NCBI GenBank assembly: GCA_052387115.1
Contig: JBQTJM010000184.1
Coordinates: 1 to 24,000, forward strand
Reading direction: 5' to 3'
Origin: Gammaproteobacteria bacterium
GTDB taxonomy: Bacteria; Pseudomonadota; Gammaproteobacteria; JACCXJ01
Length of the DNA stretch: 24,000 bases
The position numbers and the translations under genes are program-made. Every line of letters starts with the position of its first letter. Position 1 is the stretch's first letter. The notes below the pieces were generated by a model, which worked only from the letters and a program-made list of their open reading frames with translations, searched no databases and was not told the DNA's origin. Positions 1 to 7,903 of this stretch are shown here, piece by piece.

Positions 1-2105
1 CGATCGCCACCCGGGCCTCCCTTCAGGACGTCGTTTCCTGCTTCTCCGAACAGCATGTCGTTTCCGCGATGGCCGGACAGCCTATCGCGACCCGGACCAC
101 CGCAGATGACGTCGTTGCCGTCGAGCCCGGCGATCGTGTCGTTCCCGGCCAGGCCATGGATGACGTCATCCCGCGGGCTTCCGAATAGAATGTCACGCAC
201 ATCGGTCCCGACGACGGTTGCCGGGAGCCCGTTACACAGGACCGGAGGCGGTACCTGCGCGAGGCTGGCGTCGGCCCGGATCAACCCATGGCCGGTCCCG
301 AAGTCGAAACCAGTGTCGAACGCCGGCGTCGCCGGATCGTCCATGTCGATGGCCGTGTTTTTAAGAAGGGAATAGATACCATCGGGGTTGAATGCCGGGT
401 TCAGCTCCCTGATCAAGACCGCGACCGCGGCGGCGTGCGGGGCGGCGGCCGAGGTTCCGAAAAAGTTCGGGAAGCCCGTGCCGTCCGTGTCACTCCCGAA
501 AAACGTCGTGTCGGCCCCGTCCGGCGCCGTGATGTCCGGCTGCTCGCGGACCTCCGGTGTGGCGAGCCGGGATCCGGCGGTGTCGAAGAGGATGGGCGAG
601 CCCCCGGCCGACGAGAACGTCTCGATGAGCGGCGGGTCCACGCCGAACGCCGGCGTACGCTGGTAATCGGCGGCGCCGACGCCGAGCCCTCCTAATGCCG
701 CGCTATGGCCCCAAGAGGCGCCGGTCCTGGTGTCGAACTCGTCGATTGTGATAGAGCCACTTCCAACGTTCACCGTCTTCATCAGACTCGGGTTCGGCCC
801 AGAGAACTTTCCGATAATCACGCCGAAGGTGGTGTCGGGTCCCGCGTTGGTGAAGCTGAAGACCTCGAAGGGGTCCCCTCCGACGTTGTCGTCAGCGCTG
901 CGGTCAAGGACGGTGTTGCAGTCCGCGTCGGTGAGCACGATGTCCAGGTCGCTCGCCGAGCCCGGCGGGCCGCTGACCGAGGCGAAGGGCTCGTCCCATT
1001 GGAAGACCTGGGTCAACGTGCGGCCGACAGGGACAGTGATTTGCTGGCAGGCGTCGACGAGACCAGGATCCGGCTCGAAGTCGTGCGCCTCTTCCGGCCC
1101 GAAGCCGATGTCGACCAAGACGCCGCTCGGGCGGAACGGGGACTCGTAGGCATTGCGATCCGCATTGCCGGCCGAGCTGAAATAAGCCACCCCCATCCCT
1201 TTGACGGTGTTGACCGCCTGGGCGACGATGCCATCCTGGTAGAAGGGCTCGTCGAAGTAGATGACATCGTCGTTGATCACCGTTGCCCCGGCGTTGGCGA
1301 GATCGATGATGCCCTGGGCGAAAACCGCCTGCCCGCCGAACGCCGTGTGAAAGGCCTGGCTGGCCCCGGGGGCGACATCGTGGATGAGCTCCATCATGCC
1401 CCGCCCTTCGTCCGTCGCCGGACAAGAACCCTCTTCCAGGACGGTGATCCCCGCGGGCAGATCGCCGCTCGTGACGCCCGCTGTGGCACCCCCGAGGCAG
1501 TCGAAACTGTCCGACAGGGTGCCCACCATGACTCCGGCGCCATCTACGCCGAAGGCCGTGCGACCGAGGTCCGCGCGCATCGCGGCGTCCCCCTGACTGG
1601 TCACCTCGCCGACCTGGGTGGCCGCATAGGCGGGCCGTGCCAACTGCAGGGAGGGGAGGCTCTTGAGCGCCGGGATCGCGGTGATGGTCAGGCGGGCCGA
1701 CACCATGCGTCCGAACACCGTGACCTTGTCCGCCCCGAGCGCGCGCAGATCGGCGGCGAGGGCTTCCGGATCGCCCGAAGCGGCCGTATCGATGACCACC
1801 GATCCCCCGGTGATGGGTGCGATCATATTGCTCGACAGGAAGGCCGGGGCGGCCGCCCCTTGCCGCTTCGTCATCAGATGCGCCTGGTACTCCGCGTGTA
1901 ATGCCATGAGGTCGGCGCCCATCTTGGCCATGGCGGCCTTCGAGGGCGACGTGCCGAGCCCGAGGGTCTCGGCCCCGCGTAGCTCGATCACAGGAGGACC
2001 GGCGTCCTGGGCCGAGGCCGGCGGGGCGGTCGAGCCGAGGACAACGGCCGCGAGGACGAGTTTCAGGGTGGTTCGGGCGCTCGTCTCTCTACGCTGGATC
2101 ATCAT
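1..2105 (-). CDS. Secreted subtilisin-like (S8) serine protease with C-terminal hemolysin-type (RTX-like) Ca-binding repeats; the C-terminus runs off the window
   Basis: Absent from the ORF track because there is no stop inside the window. My reverse-complement translation starts at ATGATG (2105-2100), with GAGGAG at 2115-2110. The N-terminus MMIQRRETSARTTLKLVLAAVVLGSTAPPASA/QDAG looks like a Sec signal. The complement of 421-476 reads GFPNFFGTSAAAPHAAAV, the subtilase catalytic Ser motif. The complement of about 1-200 reads GNDTIAGLDGNDVICGGPGRDRLSGHRGNDMLFGEAGNDVLKGGPGGD, nonapeptide GGxGxD-type repeats. The frame is consistent from 2105 down to position 1. The long + strand ORF 705..1901 is its antisense shadow. 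Confidence 0.8.
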   Translation of the reverse strand, partial: MMIQRRETSARTTLKLVLAAVVLGSTAPPASAQDAGPPVIELRGAETLGLGTSPSKAAMAKMGADLMALHAEYQAHLMTKRQGAAAPAFLSSNMIAPITGGSVVIDTAASGDPEALAADLRALGADKVTVFGRMVSARLTITAIPALKSLPSLQLARPAYAATQVGEVTSQGDAAMRADLGRTAFGVDGAGVMVGTLSDSFDCLGGATAGVTSGDLPAGITVLEEGSCPATDEGRGMMELIHDVAPGASQAFHTAFGGQAVFAQGIIDLANAGATVINDDVIYFDEPFYQDGIVAQAVNTVKGMGVAYFSSAGNADRNAYESPFRPSGVLVDIGFGPEEAHDFEPDPGLVDACQQITVPVGRTLTQVFQWDEPFASVSGPPGSASDLDIVLTDADCNTVLDRSADDNVGGDPFEVFSFTNAGPDTTFGVIIGKFSGPNPSLMKTVNVGSGSITIDEFDTRTGASWGHSAALGGLGVGAADYQRTPAFGVDPPLIETFSSAGGSPILFDTAGSRLATPEVREQPDITAPDGADTTFFGSDTDGTGFPNFFGTSAAAPHAAAVAVLIRELNPAFNPDGIYSLLKNTAIDMDDPATPAFDTGFDFGTGHGLIRADASLAQVPPPVLCNGLPATVVGTDVRDILFGSPRDDVIHGLAGNDTIAGLDGNDVICGGPGRDRLSGHRGNDMLFGEAGNDVLKGGPGGD

Positions 2106-2663
2106 GGAGCTCCTCTCGATGGTTCGGGGTGCGTACATCGCGGCGCCGCCCTAACTGCCCGCGTCCTCGACATTCGTGGTCGCATAGGCGGGGCGGGCGA
2201 ACTGCAGGGAGGAGAGGTCCTGGAGCGCCGGGATCGCGGTGATGGGCAGGCGACCCGACACCATTCGTCCGAACGCCGTGACGTTCTCTGCGCCGAGCGC
2301 GCGTAGATCGGCGGCCAGGGCCTCGGGATCGCCGGATGCCGTGGCATCGATGACGACGGCTCCCCCGGCGACGGGTGCGATCGCATCGCTGGACTCGAAG
2401 GCCGGGGCGGGCGCCCCTTGCCCGCTGGTGTCCTTCAGGTGCGCCTGGTACTCCGCGTACAGGGCCAGGAGGTCCTGCCCCACCTTGGCCGTGGCGGCCT
2501 TCGAGGGCGAGGTGCCGATCCCGAGGGTCTCGGTACCTTGTAGCTCGATCACGCGCTTCCCGGTGCCTTGGGTCGAGACCGGCGGGGCGGTCGAACCGAG
2601 CAGGACGGCCGCGAGCATCAGGTAGAGGTGGGTGCTGGAACGCGCCCGTCTACGCTTGTTCAT
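1570..2663 (-). repeat. Direct duplication of about 535 bp at a 558-bp offset (about 1570-2105 versus about 2128-2663) covering the 5' end of the protease gene
   Basis: Hand alignment of 1671-1730 against 2229-2288 gives 53/60 identical bases. The two start codons (2105 and 2663) are exactly 558 nt apart. Homology continues about 20 nt past the upstream copy's stop (2131-2150 versus 1573-1592). Confidence 0.75.
2151..2663 (-). CDS. Stand-alone paralogue of the signal peptide plus N-terminal pre-pro region of the adjacent S8 protease (170 aa); could be a decaying duplicate
   Basis: The ORF MNKRRRARSSTHLYLMLAAVLLGSTAPPVSTQ... aligns colinearly with the first about 170 aa of the downstream protease. 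Shared blocks include VIEL.G.ETLG.GTSPSKAA, AEYQAHL, VVID..ASGDPEALAADLRALGA and RPAYA. Its TAG stop (2153-2151) aligns with a CAG Gln codon (1595-1593) of the full-length gene. Confidence 0.6.
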   Translation of the reverse strand: MNKRRRARSSTHLYLMLAAVLLGSTAPPVSTQGTGKRVIELQGTETLGIGTSPSKAATAKVGQDLLALYAEYQAHLKDTSGQGAPAPAFESSDAIAPVAGGAVVIDATASGDPEALAADLRALGAENVTAFGRMVSGRLPITAIPALQDLSSLQFARPAYATTNVEDAGS

Positions 2664-2865
2664 AATTAAATAATAATATCATCGCGCGACAGGGCGCCGC
2701 GATCGACCTTGCTGCCGCGGCCGCGTTGTTTCTAATCATTGCCGCCGCGGAAGGCGTCAACGGCGCCACCGCCGGGCCGATATCGAGCCCGTGCGCGCCT
2801 CCCACCCATCCCGATGATGCCCCGATGACATCCCGATCACCCTCCGGTCGGTAGCTCCAACACCC

Positions 2866-4377
2866 ATGTCCGTCGCCATCGTCTACAGCCGCGCCCAGGT
2901 CGGGATCGAGGCGCCGCTCGTGACCATCGAGGTGCACCTGTCCAACGGCCTGCCGGGGCTGTCCATCGTCGGCCTGCCCGAGGCGGCGGTGAAGGAGAGC
3001 AAGGACCGGGTCCGCAGCGCGCTGCTCAACTCCCAATTCGAGTTTCCGCTCAGGCGCATCACCATCAACCTGGCGCCGGCCGATCTGCCCAAGGAAGGCG
3101 GGCGCTTCGATCTGGCCATCGCGCTGGGCGTCCTGGCCGCATCCGGTCAGCTCGATGCCGCCGCCTGCCGGGGCCTGGAGTTCGTGGGCGAGCTGGCCTT
3201 GACCGGGGAGCTGCGGCCCGTGCGTGGGATCCTGCCCTCGGCCCTGTCGGTGCGAAACGCCGGGCGCGCGCTGGTGGTCCCGCGGGACAATGCCGCGGAG
3301 GCGGCCCTGGTCGATGCCCTGCGCGTTTTTCCAGCCGAGCACCTCTTGGAGGTCTGCGCCCATGTGCAGGGCCAGACGCTGATGCAGCCCTGCGCCCCGG
3401 CGCCCGTGGCCCCGATCGACGGACAGCACGTGGAGCTGGCGGACATCAAGTCCCAGTACCACGCCAAACGCGCGCTCGAGATCGCCGCGGGCGGTGGCCA
3501 CAACCTCTTGATGGTGGGACCGCCCGGCACCGGTAAGAGCATGCTGGCGCGTGCCCTGCCCGGGATCCTGCCGCCCATGGATGAGCAGGAGGCCCTGGAG
3601 TCGGCGGCCGTGCATTCGGTGAGCGCCCAGGGCTTCCGGCCCGAGAGCTGGAGGCGGCGTCCGTTTCGCGCGCCTCATCACACGGCCTCGGCGGTGGCCC
3701 TGGTGGGCGGTGGCAGCCACCCCCGGCCGGGGGAGATCTCACTCGCCCATCACGGGGTCCTGTTCCTGGACGAGCTGCCCGAGTTCGACCGGCGCGTGCT
3801 CGAGGTCCTGCGCGAGCCGCTCGAGAGCGGGACCATCACGGTCTCGCGCGCCGCGCAGCAGTCCGATTTCCCGGCGCGCGTGCAACTCATCGCGGCCATG
3901 AATCCCTGCCCTTGCGGCTATCTCGGCGATCCGAGCGGTCGTTGCCACTGCAGCCCCGAGCAGGTGCGACGCTATCGGTCCAAGATCTCCGGCCCGCTCC
4001 TGGACCGCATCGACATGAGCATCGAGGTGCCGAACATCCCCCAAGAGGTGTTGCTCCAGACGACCGCCGAGGCCGAAACCAGCGCCCTGGTGCGCGAGCG
4101 CGTGCGCCGCGTGCGCGAGCGGCAGCTCGAACGCGCGGGCAAGCCCAGCAGCCGCCTGGGCCTGGCCGAGATCGAGCGCGATTGCCGCCTGCGAGCAGGC
4201 GATCGGCGACTCTTCGGCGGCGCCATCGAGCGCCTGGGCCTGTCGCCGCGTGCCGTGCACCGCATCCTCAAGGTGGCTCGTACCGTCGCCGATCTGGCCG
4301 GCCTCGAGGTCATCGAGACTCCCCAGCTCACCGAGGCCATCACCTACCGCCGTCTGGGACGCAAGACAGGCTCGTAG
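2866..4377 (+). CDS. comM: YifB/ComM family Mg-chelatase-like AAA+ ATPase (competence protein ComM homologue)
   Basis: 503 aa. The N-terminus is MSVAIVYSRAQVGIEAPLVTIEVHLSNGLPGLSIVGLPEAAVKESKDRV (Lon-protease-like ChlI N-domain). Walker A is GPPGTGKSM and Walker B is GVLFLDELPEF. Length and architecture are typical of the family. Confidence 0.93.
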   Translation: MSVAIVYSRAQVGIEAPLVTIEVHLSNGLPGLSIVGLPEAAVKESKDRVRSALLNSQFEFPLRRITINLAPADLPKEGGRFDLAIALGVLAASGQLDAAACRGLEFVGELALTGELRPVRGILPSALSVRNAGRALVVPRDNAAEAALVDALRVFPAEHLLEVCAHVQGQTLMQPCAPAPVAPIDGQHVELADIKSQYHAKRALEIAAGGGHNLLMVGPPGTGKSMLARALPGILPPMDEQEALESAAVHSVSAQGFRPESWRRRPFRAPHHTASAVALVGGGSHPRPGEISLAHHGVLFLDELPEFDRRVLEVLREPLESGTITVSRAAQQSDFPARVQLIAAMNPCPCGYLGDPSGRCHCSPEQVRRYRSKISGPLLDRIDMSIEVPNIPQEVLLQTTAEAETSALVRERVRRVRERQLERAGKPSSRLGLAEIERDCRLRAGDRRLFGGAIERLGLSPRAVHRILKVARTVADLAGLEVIETPQLTEAITYRRLGRKTGS

Positions 4378-4441
4378 CCCCACCGGCCTGAGGTCGACGA
4401 AAGGCTTGCGCCATGGCGATCGATCCGGTCAAATGCGCGGC

Positions 4442-4816
4442 ATGCCGAATCACCGCATCGCGGTCCGTTCCGAGACCGCCTATATCGAGGAGCAGTCCGT
4501 ACCCGAGGCCAACCAGTTCGTGTTCGCCTACACCATCACCATCGAGAACACCGGGACCCTGCCTGCCAAGCTCATGACGCGGCACTGGATCATCACCGAC
4601 GCCAACGGCAAGGTACGCGAGGTGCGCGGCGAGGGCGTGGTCGGGGAACAGCCCTATCTGCGACCGGGCGAGGCGTTCCGCTACACCAGCGCCGCGATGA
4701 TCGAGACCCCGGTCGGGACCATGCAAGGCAGCTATCAGATGATCGGCGACGACGGGGTGCGTTTCGACGCCCCCATCGCCGTCTTCAGGCTCTCGCTCCC
4801 CGACATCCTGCACTAG
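4442..4816 (+). CDS. apaG: ApaG (DUF525) protein
   Basis: MPNHRIAVRSETAYIEEQSVPEANQFVFAYTITIENTGTLPAKLMTRHWIITDANGKVREVRGEGVVGEQPYLRPGEAFRYTS is the canonical ApaG pattern at a length of about 124 aa. The ORF-track start at 4250 is an unlikely N-terminal extension overlapping comM. An ATG at 4433 is an alternative start. Confidence 0.9.
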   Translation: MPNHRIAVRSETAYIEEQSVPEANQFVFAYTITIENTGTLPAKLMTRHWIITDANGKVREVRGEGVVGEQPYLRPGEAFRYTSAAMIETPVGTMQGSYQMIGDDGVRFDAPIAVFRLSLPDILH

Positions 4817-4968
4817 CGCGCGGCTCGCCCGCGTCGCCCCGGGGACGCCCCCCTGGCCCGGTCGCTCGCCGGGGTGCATCCAAAATCTCCTCTCCTGCGT
4901 AACATCTCTCGAACGGCGCCGTTTCATCAACCCTTTCGACCACACTGGTTATATTGGAGGAGACAGAC

Positions 4969-5889
4969 ATGTACGCGCGAACCCTGAGTGACCGTGCCTT
5001 TAGACACATCGTCATCCGGCATGCCGGCTGGTGCCTGGGCCTGGCGATGGCGGTGGCACTCTCTGCATCCCCGGCCCGAGCGACCAATTCCGACAGCGTG
5101 GGCCTCAAGGTCTTCGGTTTGACCGGCGATCAGTGGCTCGTCAAGTTTCGCAGCGACAGGCCCAGGCGCTTGCAGAAAATCGGTCCCATCGCGGGCTTGA
5201 ATTCGGCCGATACCGCCCTCGTCGGTATCGACTTCCGGGTCCAGGACGGGAAGCTCTACGGCCTCGGCAATGGTGGCGGGATCTACACCATCGACACCCG
5301 GACGGGGGTGGCATCGGAAGCGCCCGAATCGCCGCTCACGGTGCCCCTGGTGGGCAACTTCTTCGGCGTGGACTTCAACCCCGCGGCGAATGCGCTCAGA
5401 ATCATCAGCGACACCGGCCAGAACCTGCGCCACCGCTTCGCCCCGCAGTTCGCTCCCCAGAGGACGGCGCAGGATACCGATCTGGTCTATCCGGCCATAC
5501 CGGCCACGCCCACGACGCCCGCCATCCCCGCGACCCCCGGGATAGGGGTCACGGGCGCCGCGTACACCAATAACGACCTCGATCCCAACACCGCTACCAC
5601 GCTGTTCGACATCGACAGCCAGCGTAATCAAGTGGTGATCCAGTCGCCACCGAACGCCGGGGTGCTCACGGCGACCGGCGGCCTCACGGTGGACCCGGAC
5701 GCATCGGTCGGGTTCGACATCTATTCCAGGCTGAAAAACGGTGCGACCTTCAGCAATACCTCCTTCGCTTCGCTCATGGTCGGCGGCAAATCGCGCTTCT
5801 ACTCGGTGAGACTGTTGACCGGCAGGGCGTTCCTGATCGGCGCGTTCCCGGTGCCCATGGCGGACATCGCGGTCGCACTCAAGCAGTGA
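4969..5889 (+). CDS. Secreted DUF4394 domain protein
   Basis: ATG at 4969 is preceded by GGAGGAG (4956-4962). There is a signal-like segment, WCLGLAMAVALSASPARA. The motifs LVGIDFRVQDGKLYGLGNGGGIYTID, FGVDFNPAANALRIISDTGQNLR and LFDIDSQRNQVV match my recollection of DUF4394 proteins. Confidence 0.75.
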   Translation: MYARTLSDRAFRHIVIRHAGWCLGLAMAVALSASPARATNSDSVGLKVFGLTGDQWLVKFRSDRPRRLQKIGPIAGLNSADTALVGIDFRVQDGKLYGLGNGGGIYTIDTRTGVASEAPESPLTVPLVGNFFGVDFNPAANALRIISDTGQNLRHRFAPQFAPQRTAQDTDLVYPAIPATPTTPAIPATPGIGVTGAAYTNNDLDPNTATTLFDIDSQRNQVVIQSPPNAGVLTATGGLTVDPDASVGFDIYSRLKNGATFSNTSFASLMVGGKSRFYSVRLLTGRAFLIGAFPVPMADIAVALKQ

Positions 5890-5927
5890 TCCCCGAGGCA
5901 GTGATCCCCCAGGCAGTGATCCACTAA
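5883..5927 (+). repeat. 3 x 15-bp tandem repeat (GCAGTGATCCCCGAG / GCAGTGATCCCCCAG / GCAGTGATCCACTAA) starting in the last codons of the DUF4394 gene
   Basis: Read directly from the sequence. Each unit carries TGA in the gene's reading frame (5887, 5902, 5917). Confidence 0.9.
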
Positions 5928-5940
5928 TCCTGCGATCTTC

Positions 5941-5973
5941 GGCCGGGGCGCGGTGTCGCCCCGGCCGTTTTCT
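5941..5973 (+). terminator. Rho-independent terminator between the convergent DUF4394 and DUF2845 genes
   Basis: Perfect 10-bp GC stem GGCCGGGGCG (5941-5950) / CGCCCCGGCC (5957-5966) with a 6-nt loop, followed by GTTTTCT. Confidence 0.7.
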
Positions 5974-5995
5974 ATGCGGTGATGAGAAATCCGGG

Positions 5996-6313
5996 TTAAG
6001 GCCGGGTCACGGTCTCGATGTTGACCAGCCGGGTCCCCACGAAGGTCAGGATGCGTTGGAACGCCCCGGGCCCGGGTTCGTAGTACCACTGTTCGACGAA
6101 GCGCTCGTTGGCCCCCGAGATCTGCTGTTGAGAAGCAGGACGACCGCACTTCTTCAACACCTCGAACGAGGTGTCGCCGGGCCTGACGAGGCCCGTACCA
6201 CAGCGAAACGTATCGGCTCGGACCGTGCTCGCGGCGAGCCCGGCAAACAGCGCCGCCACGATGAGCCGGTTTCGCCGGCGGGACGAGCCTGGTCCTCTGG
6301 TTCCGGTCTTCAC
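5996..6313 (-). CDS. DUF2845 domain protein (small secreted or lipoprotein-like)
   Basis: The C-terminal about 75 aa, DTFRCGTGLVRPGDTSFEVLKKCGRPASQQQISGANERFVEQWYYEPGPGAFQRILTFVGTRLVNIETV, fit the DUF2845 pattern (Cys pair, W.Y..GP..F.R.L.F..G.L..IE). They follow the signal-like segment RRRNRLIVAALFAGLAASTVRA. The start is uncertain: I chose GTG at 6313, and ATG at 6424 or the track start at 6556 are alternatives. Confidence 0.55.
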   Translation of the reverse strand: MKTGTRGPGSSRRRNRLIVAALFAGLAASTVRADTFRCGTGLVRPGDTSFEVLKKCGRPASQQQISGANERFVEQWYYEPGPGAFQRILTFVGTRLVNIETVTRP

Positions 6314-6597
6314 CCTGATAGCATAGTCGATCCCTGCGTCGGCATACTCAATGAGCGTCCGCCCCCGGCGGGAGGCGATCTCGTCTCCGTCTCCCGGGCG
6401 CGTGACTTTGGAGCTCGGCCGCATCCACGGCGCCGGGGTGGGGCATCCGCCGCCCTGATCGGGGTGTGATAAGGTATGTAGCCTCGGTCCCCCGCTTCTC
6501 TGACGCGGGTCGGGGCGTGGCCGGAACCTGTTCCGAACCGGTGAGGACCGATTCATTGCCGCGCGTCACCGAGGCACGAGCTTCCATAGCCACCCCT

Positions 6598-7878
6598 ATG
6601 CCGGCACTCGCATCCATTCTGCTGATGCTTTGTGCGCCGCCCTTCGTCATCGTGCTCTGGTACACCAATGTGGCGCTCGGAGGATCCCTCTTATCCCTAT
6701 GGGAGTTATGCTCGCGCGAGGGGTTGTTCACGACGATTTACGCCGCCTGGCGGCCGGTGATGTTCGGCACGCCGGAGGCATGGATGATCCTGGGTGTGTT
6801 CGGGGGGCTGCAACTCGTGTTGATGCGGGTGGCGCCGGGCAGATCGTTTCACGGCCCGGTCACGCCGCGCGGAAACATCCCCGTTTACCGGGCCAACGGC
6901 CCGCTCGCGTTCTCGATCACCCTGGCGTTCTACTGGTTCGGCGCGTTTTATCTGCGGTTATTTTCCCCCGGCATCGTATACGACCACTTCGGCGGCATCC
7001 TGGGCGCGCTCAACCTGTCCGCCCTGATCCTGTGCCTCATGTTGTATGTGAAGGGGCGGGTGGCACCCTCGAGCAGCGACACCGAACACAGCGGTAGTCC
7101 CGGGTTCGATTTCTACCGGGGTACCGAGCTCTATCCGCGCATCCTCGGCTGGGACGTGAAGCAGCTCACCAACTGCCGCATCGGCATGATGGGCTGGGCG
7201 GTGATCATCATCTCCTTCGCGGCCGAGCAGCACGAGCTACACGGTCTCAGCGATTCCATGCTGGTCGCCGTGGCGCTGCAGCTCATGTACATCACGAAGT
7301 TTTTCTGGTGGGAAACCGGCTATCTGAGGACCCTCGATATCGTCCACGATCGCGCGGGTTTCTATATCTGCTGGGGATGTCTCGTATGGGTCCCGGGTGT
7401 CTACACCTCCGCTACTCTGTATCTGGTCAATCACCCGCGCCACCTCGGTATCCCACTGGCCGCCGCCATCCTCATCCTGGGCGCGACGTGCGTGATGACG
7501 ACCTACCTTGCCGATCGGCAGCGTCAGCACGTGCGCGCCACGAACGGCCGTTGCAGGGTCTGGGGCATGCCGCCACGGATCATCCGTGCCCGCTACTTCA
7601 CCGAGACCCGCGATCCGGGCCAGAGTCTCCTGCTCGCTTCCGGCTTCTGGGGGATCAGCCGCCATTTCCATTACCTGACGGAGACCCTGGGCGCCTTCTT
7701 CTGGAGCGTACCGGCGCTGTTCGAGCATTTTATGCCCTATGTCTACGTGACGTTCCTGGTGGTCTTGCTTGCGCATCGTGCCATACGCGATGACCGGCGT
7801 TGCGCGCGCAAGTACGGACAAGACTGGGAACGGTATTGCCGACTCGTGCCTTACAGGATCGTACCGGGCTTGTACTGA
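6598..7878 (+). CDS. ERG4/ERG24-family sterol reductase, closest in motif content to 7-dehydrocholesterol (Delta7-sterol) reductase DHCR7/DWF5
   Basis: Polytopic membrane protein. ISFAAEQHELHG, FFWWETGYLRTLDIVHDRAGFYICWGCLVWVPGVYT and NGRCRVWGMPPRIIRARY match remembered DHCR7 blocks ([51 protein letters not shown]). The C-terminus LLLASGFWGISRHFHYL...LLAHRAIRDDRRCARKYGQDWERYCRLVPYRIVPGLY matches the DHCR7 tail (GWWGVARHFNY...[34 protein letters not shown]). ATG at 6598 (MPALASILL) is taken as the start. The 44-aa Arg/Gly-rich extension from 6466 was rejected. Confidence 0.87.
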   Translation: MPALASILLMLCAPPFVIVLWYTNVALGGSLLSLWELCSREGLFTTIYAAWRPVMFGTPEAWMILGVFGGLQLVLMRVAPGRSFHGPVTPRGNIPVYRANGPLAFSITLAFYWFGAFYLRLFSPGIVYDHFGGILGALNLSALILCLMLYVKGRVAPSSSDTEHSGSPGFDFYRGTELYPRILGWDVKQLTNCRIGMMGWAVIIISFAAEQHELHGLSDSMLVAVALQLMYITKFFWWETGYLRTLDIVHDRAGFYICWGCLVWVPGVYTSATLYLVNHPRHLGIPLAAAILILGATCVMTTYLADRQRQHVRATNGRCRVWGMPPRIIRARYFTETRDPGQSLLLASGFWGISRHFHYLTETLGAFFWSVPALFEHFMPYVYVTFLVVLLAHRAIRDDRRCARKYGQDWERYCRLVPYRIVPGLY

Positions 7879-7903
7879 GCTGATCTGGTGTGGGAGGAGA
7901 CCT

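Noticed and set aside
705-1901. 398-aa + strand ORF across the left region, plus smaller ORFs at 730-1149, 904-1425 and 1663-2154
   Set aside because: Its composition is Arg/Gly/Asp/Val-rich and of low complexity, typical of an antisense frame in high-GC DNA. The opposite strand encodes a coherent subtilase with catalytic and RTX motifs.
2664-2865. AT-rich patch (CATAATTAAATAATAATATCAT) and CCGCGGC/GCCGCGG inverted repeats in the divergent spacer between the propeptide-like gene and comM
   Set aside because: It is plausibly a divergent promoter region, but I cannot assign -35 and -10 boxes or an operator with any confidence.
4250-4441. Long N-terminal extension of apaG; similar extensions for the reductase (6466-6597) and the ERG2-like gene (7769-7903)
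   Set aside because: The extensions overlap upstream genes, are Arg/Pro/Ser-rich, and precede internal ATGs that give family-typical lengths. Two of those ATGs have strong GGAGG-type sites.
4817-4900. Possible terminator after apaG (GCGTCGCCCCGGGGACGC)
   Set aside because: The palindrome leaves no loop and no T-tract follows, so it is too weak to call.
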